Shown here: positions 63,320 through 64,000 of the stretch, piece by piece
Layout of the letters: each line of letters starts with the position of its first letter
Position numbering within the stretch: the first letter of the stretch is position 1
From: Fimbriosthenelais zetlandica
Taxonomy: Eukaryota
Direction: 5' to 3'
Assembly: GCA_977030845.1 (NCBI GenBank)
Contig: OZ365113.1
Span: 30,938,001-31,002,000 of the forward strand
Length of the DNA: 64,000 nt
Position numbers and translations under genes: made by a program
The notes under the pieces: model-generated
The model's database searches: none
What the model saw: the letters and a program-made list of their open reading frames with translations, nothing else
Told to the model about the DNA's origin: nothing

Positions 63320-64000
63320 AAAGATAATTGGTACAGCACCTCAGCTTTAAAAGGCTGATATACAGGTCGAATGGTATCATCTGGAGGAAAATGATGCTCA
63401 AAGCTTCGGTTGAGATTAATTTTACAATTAATTTTTTGCATGCACTCTTAATTCTCGATATTACTCCAATTGAGAGCTTGGGAAACATGTGCATACCATG
63501 CACCACTCCTGGATAAATATTACAGTTAATATAATTCTGGTTATGAATAATTATGGGAAAAGGAGATATATCCACAACTTTAAAAGTACTTTTTTATTGA
63601 TTAAAGGTATAAAATATGATGATTATGACCGTTGATATAGCGTTGATCTTAACAGTTCAAGGAAGTTCCACATATTCTATAATAGATAGGCCTGGATACT
63701 TAGCTATCAAATAGAACCGGTAATCATATTGCCAATTATCTATTATAATCCAGATATTATCACCAATTATCAACCTTACAAATCTTTTTCAAGCCTTTGC
63801 ATTAATTTTGTAAACACATCAATGCAGAAATAAAAGGTTACTGCTTTACATATCCTCCCATGAACAAAGATCTATCAGTCTTAATTCAAAGACTTGCAAG
63901 TTACTAATGCAAAATAGGTATTTCAATAAAAAAGAATATAATAAAGGTCGGTATCTAAGATGTATTATAAGTCTTATGTTTAGAAATCAATGACATACAG

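Overview
Eukaryotic (metazoan, probably marine invertebrate; species not identifiable from sequence) intron-rich genomic window. I reconstructed gene models by hand from GT-AG boundaries and reading-frame continuity. The left half (3.3-29.3 kb) holds two paralogous 17-exon genes arranged head-to-head, with start codons separated by only 295 bp. Each encodes a cytosolic ankyrin-repeat / helical + basic coiled-coil / long low-complexity linker / kinase-fold / KEN protein of RNase L type (about 1312 aa on -, about 1999 aa on +). The minus gene keeps a complete non-RD kinase signature, whereas the plus gene has lost the catalytic Asp (HGR). Both KEN domains have lost the R-N-xxx-H nuclease motif. 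An array of 20 tRNA-Pro genes (11 AGG, 9 TGG) lies in the intron that separates the kinase C-lobe from the KEN exons of the plus gene. To the right are a CYP4-clan P450, a copine with two pairs of duplicated (probably mutually exclusive) exons, two paralogous two-exon genes for an unrecognised secreted His-rich protein family plus a relic copy, two tandem intronless class A GPCRs divergent from them, a small NTF2-like gene, and two dienelactone-hydrolase-family genes with a Ser nucleophile. Several MITE/Helentron-like insertions and a 176-N assembly gap are present. Family comparisons rely on recalled reference motifs and need confirmation by search.
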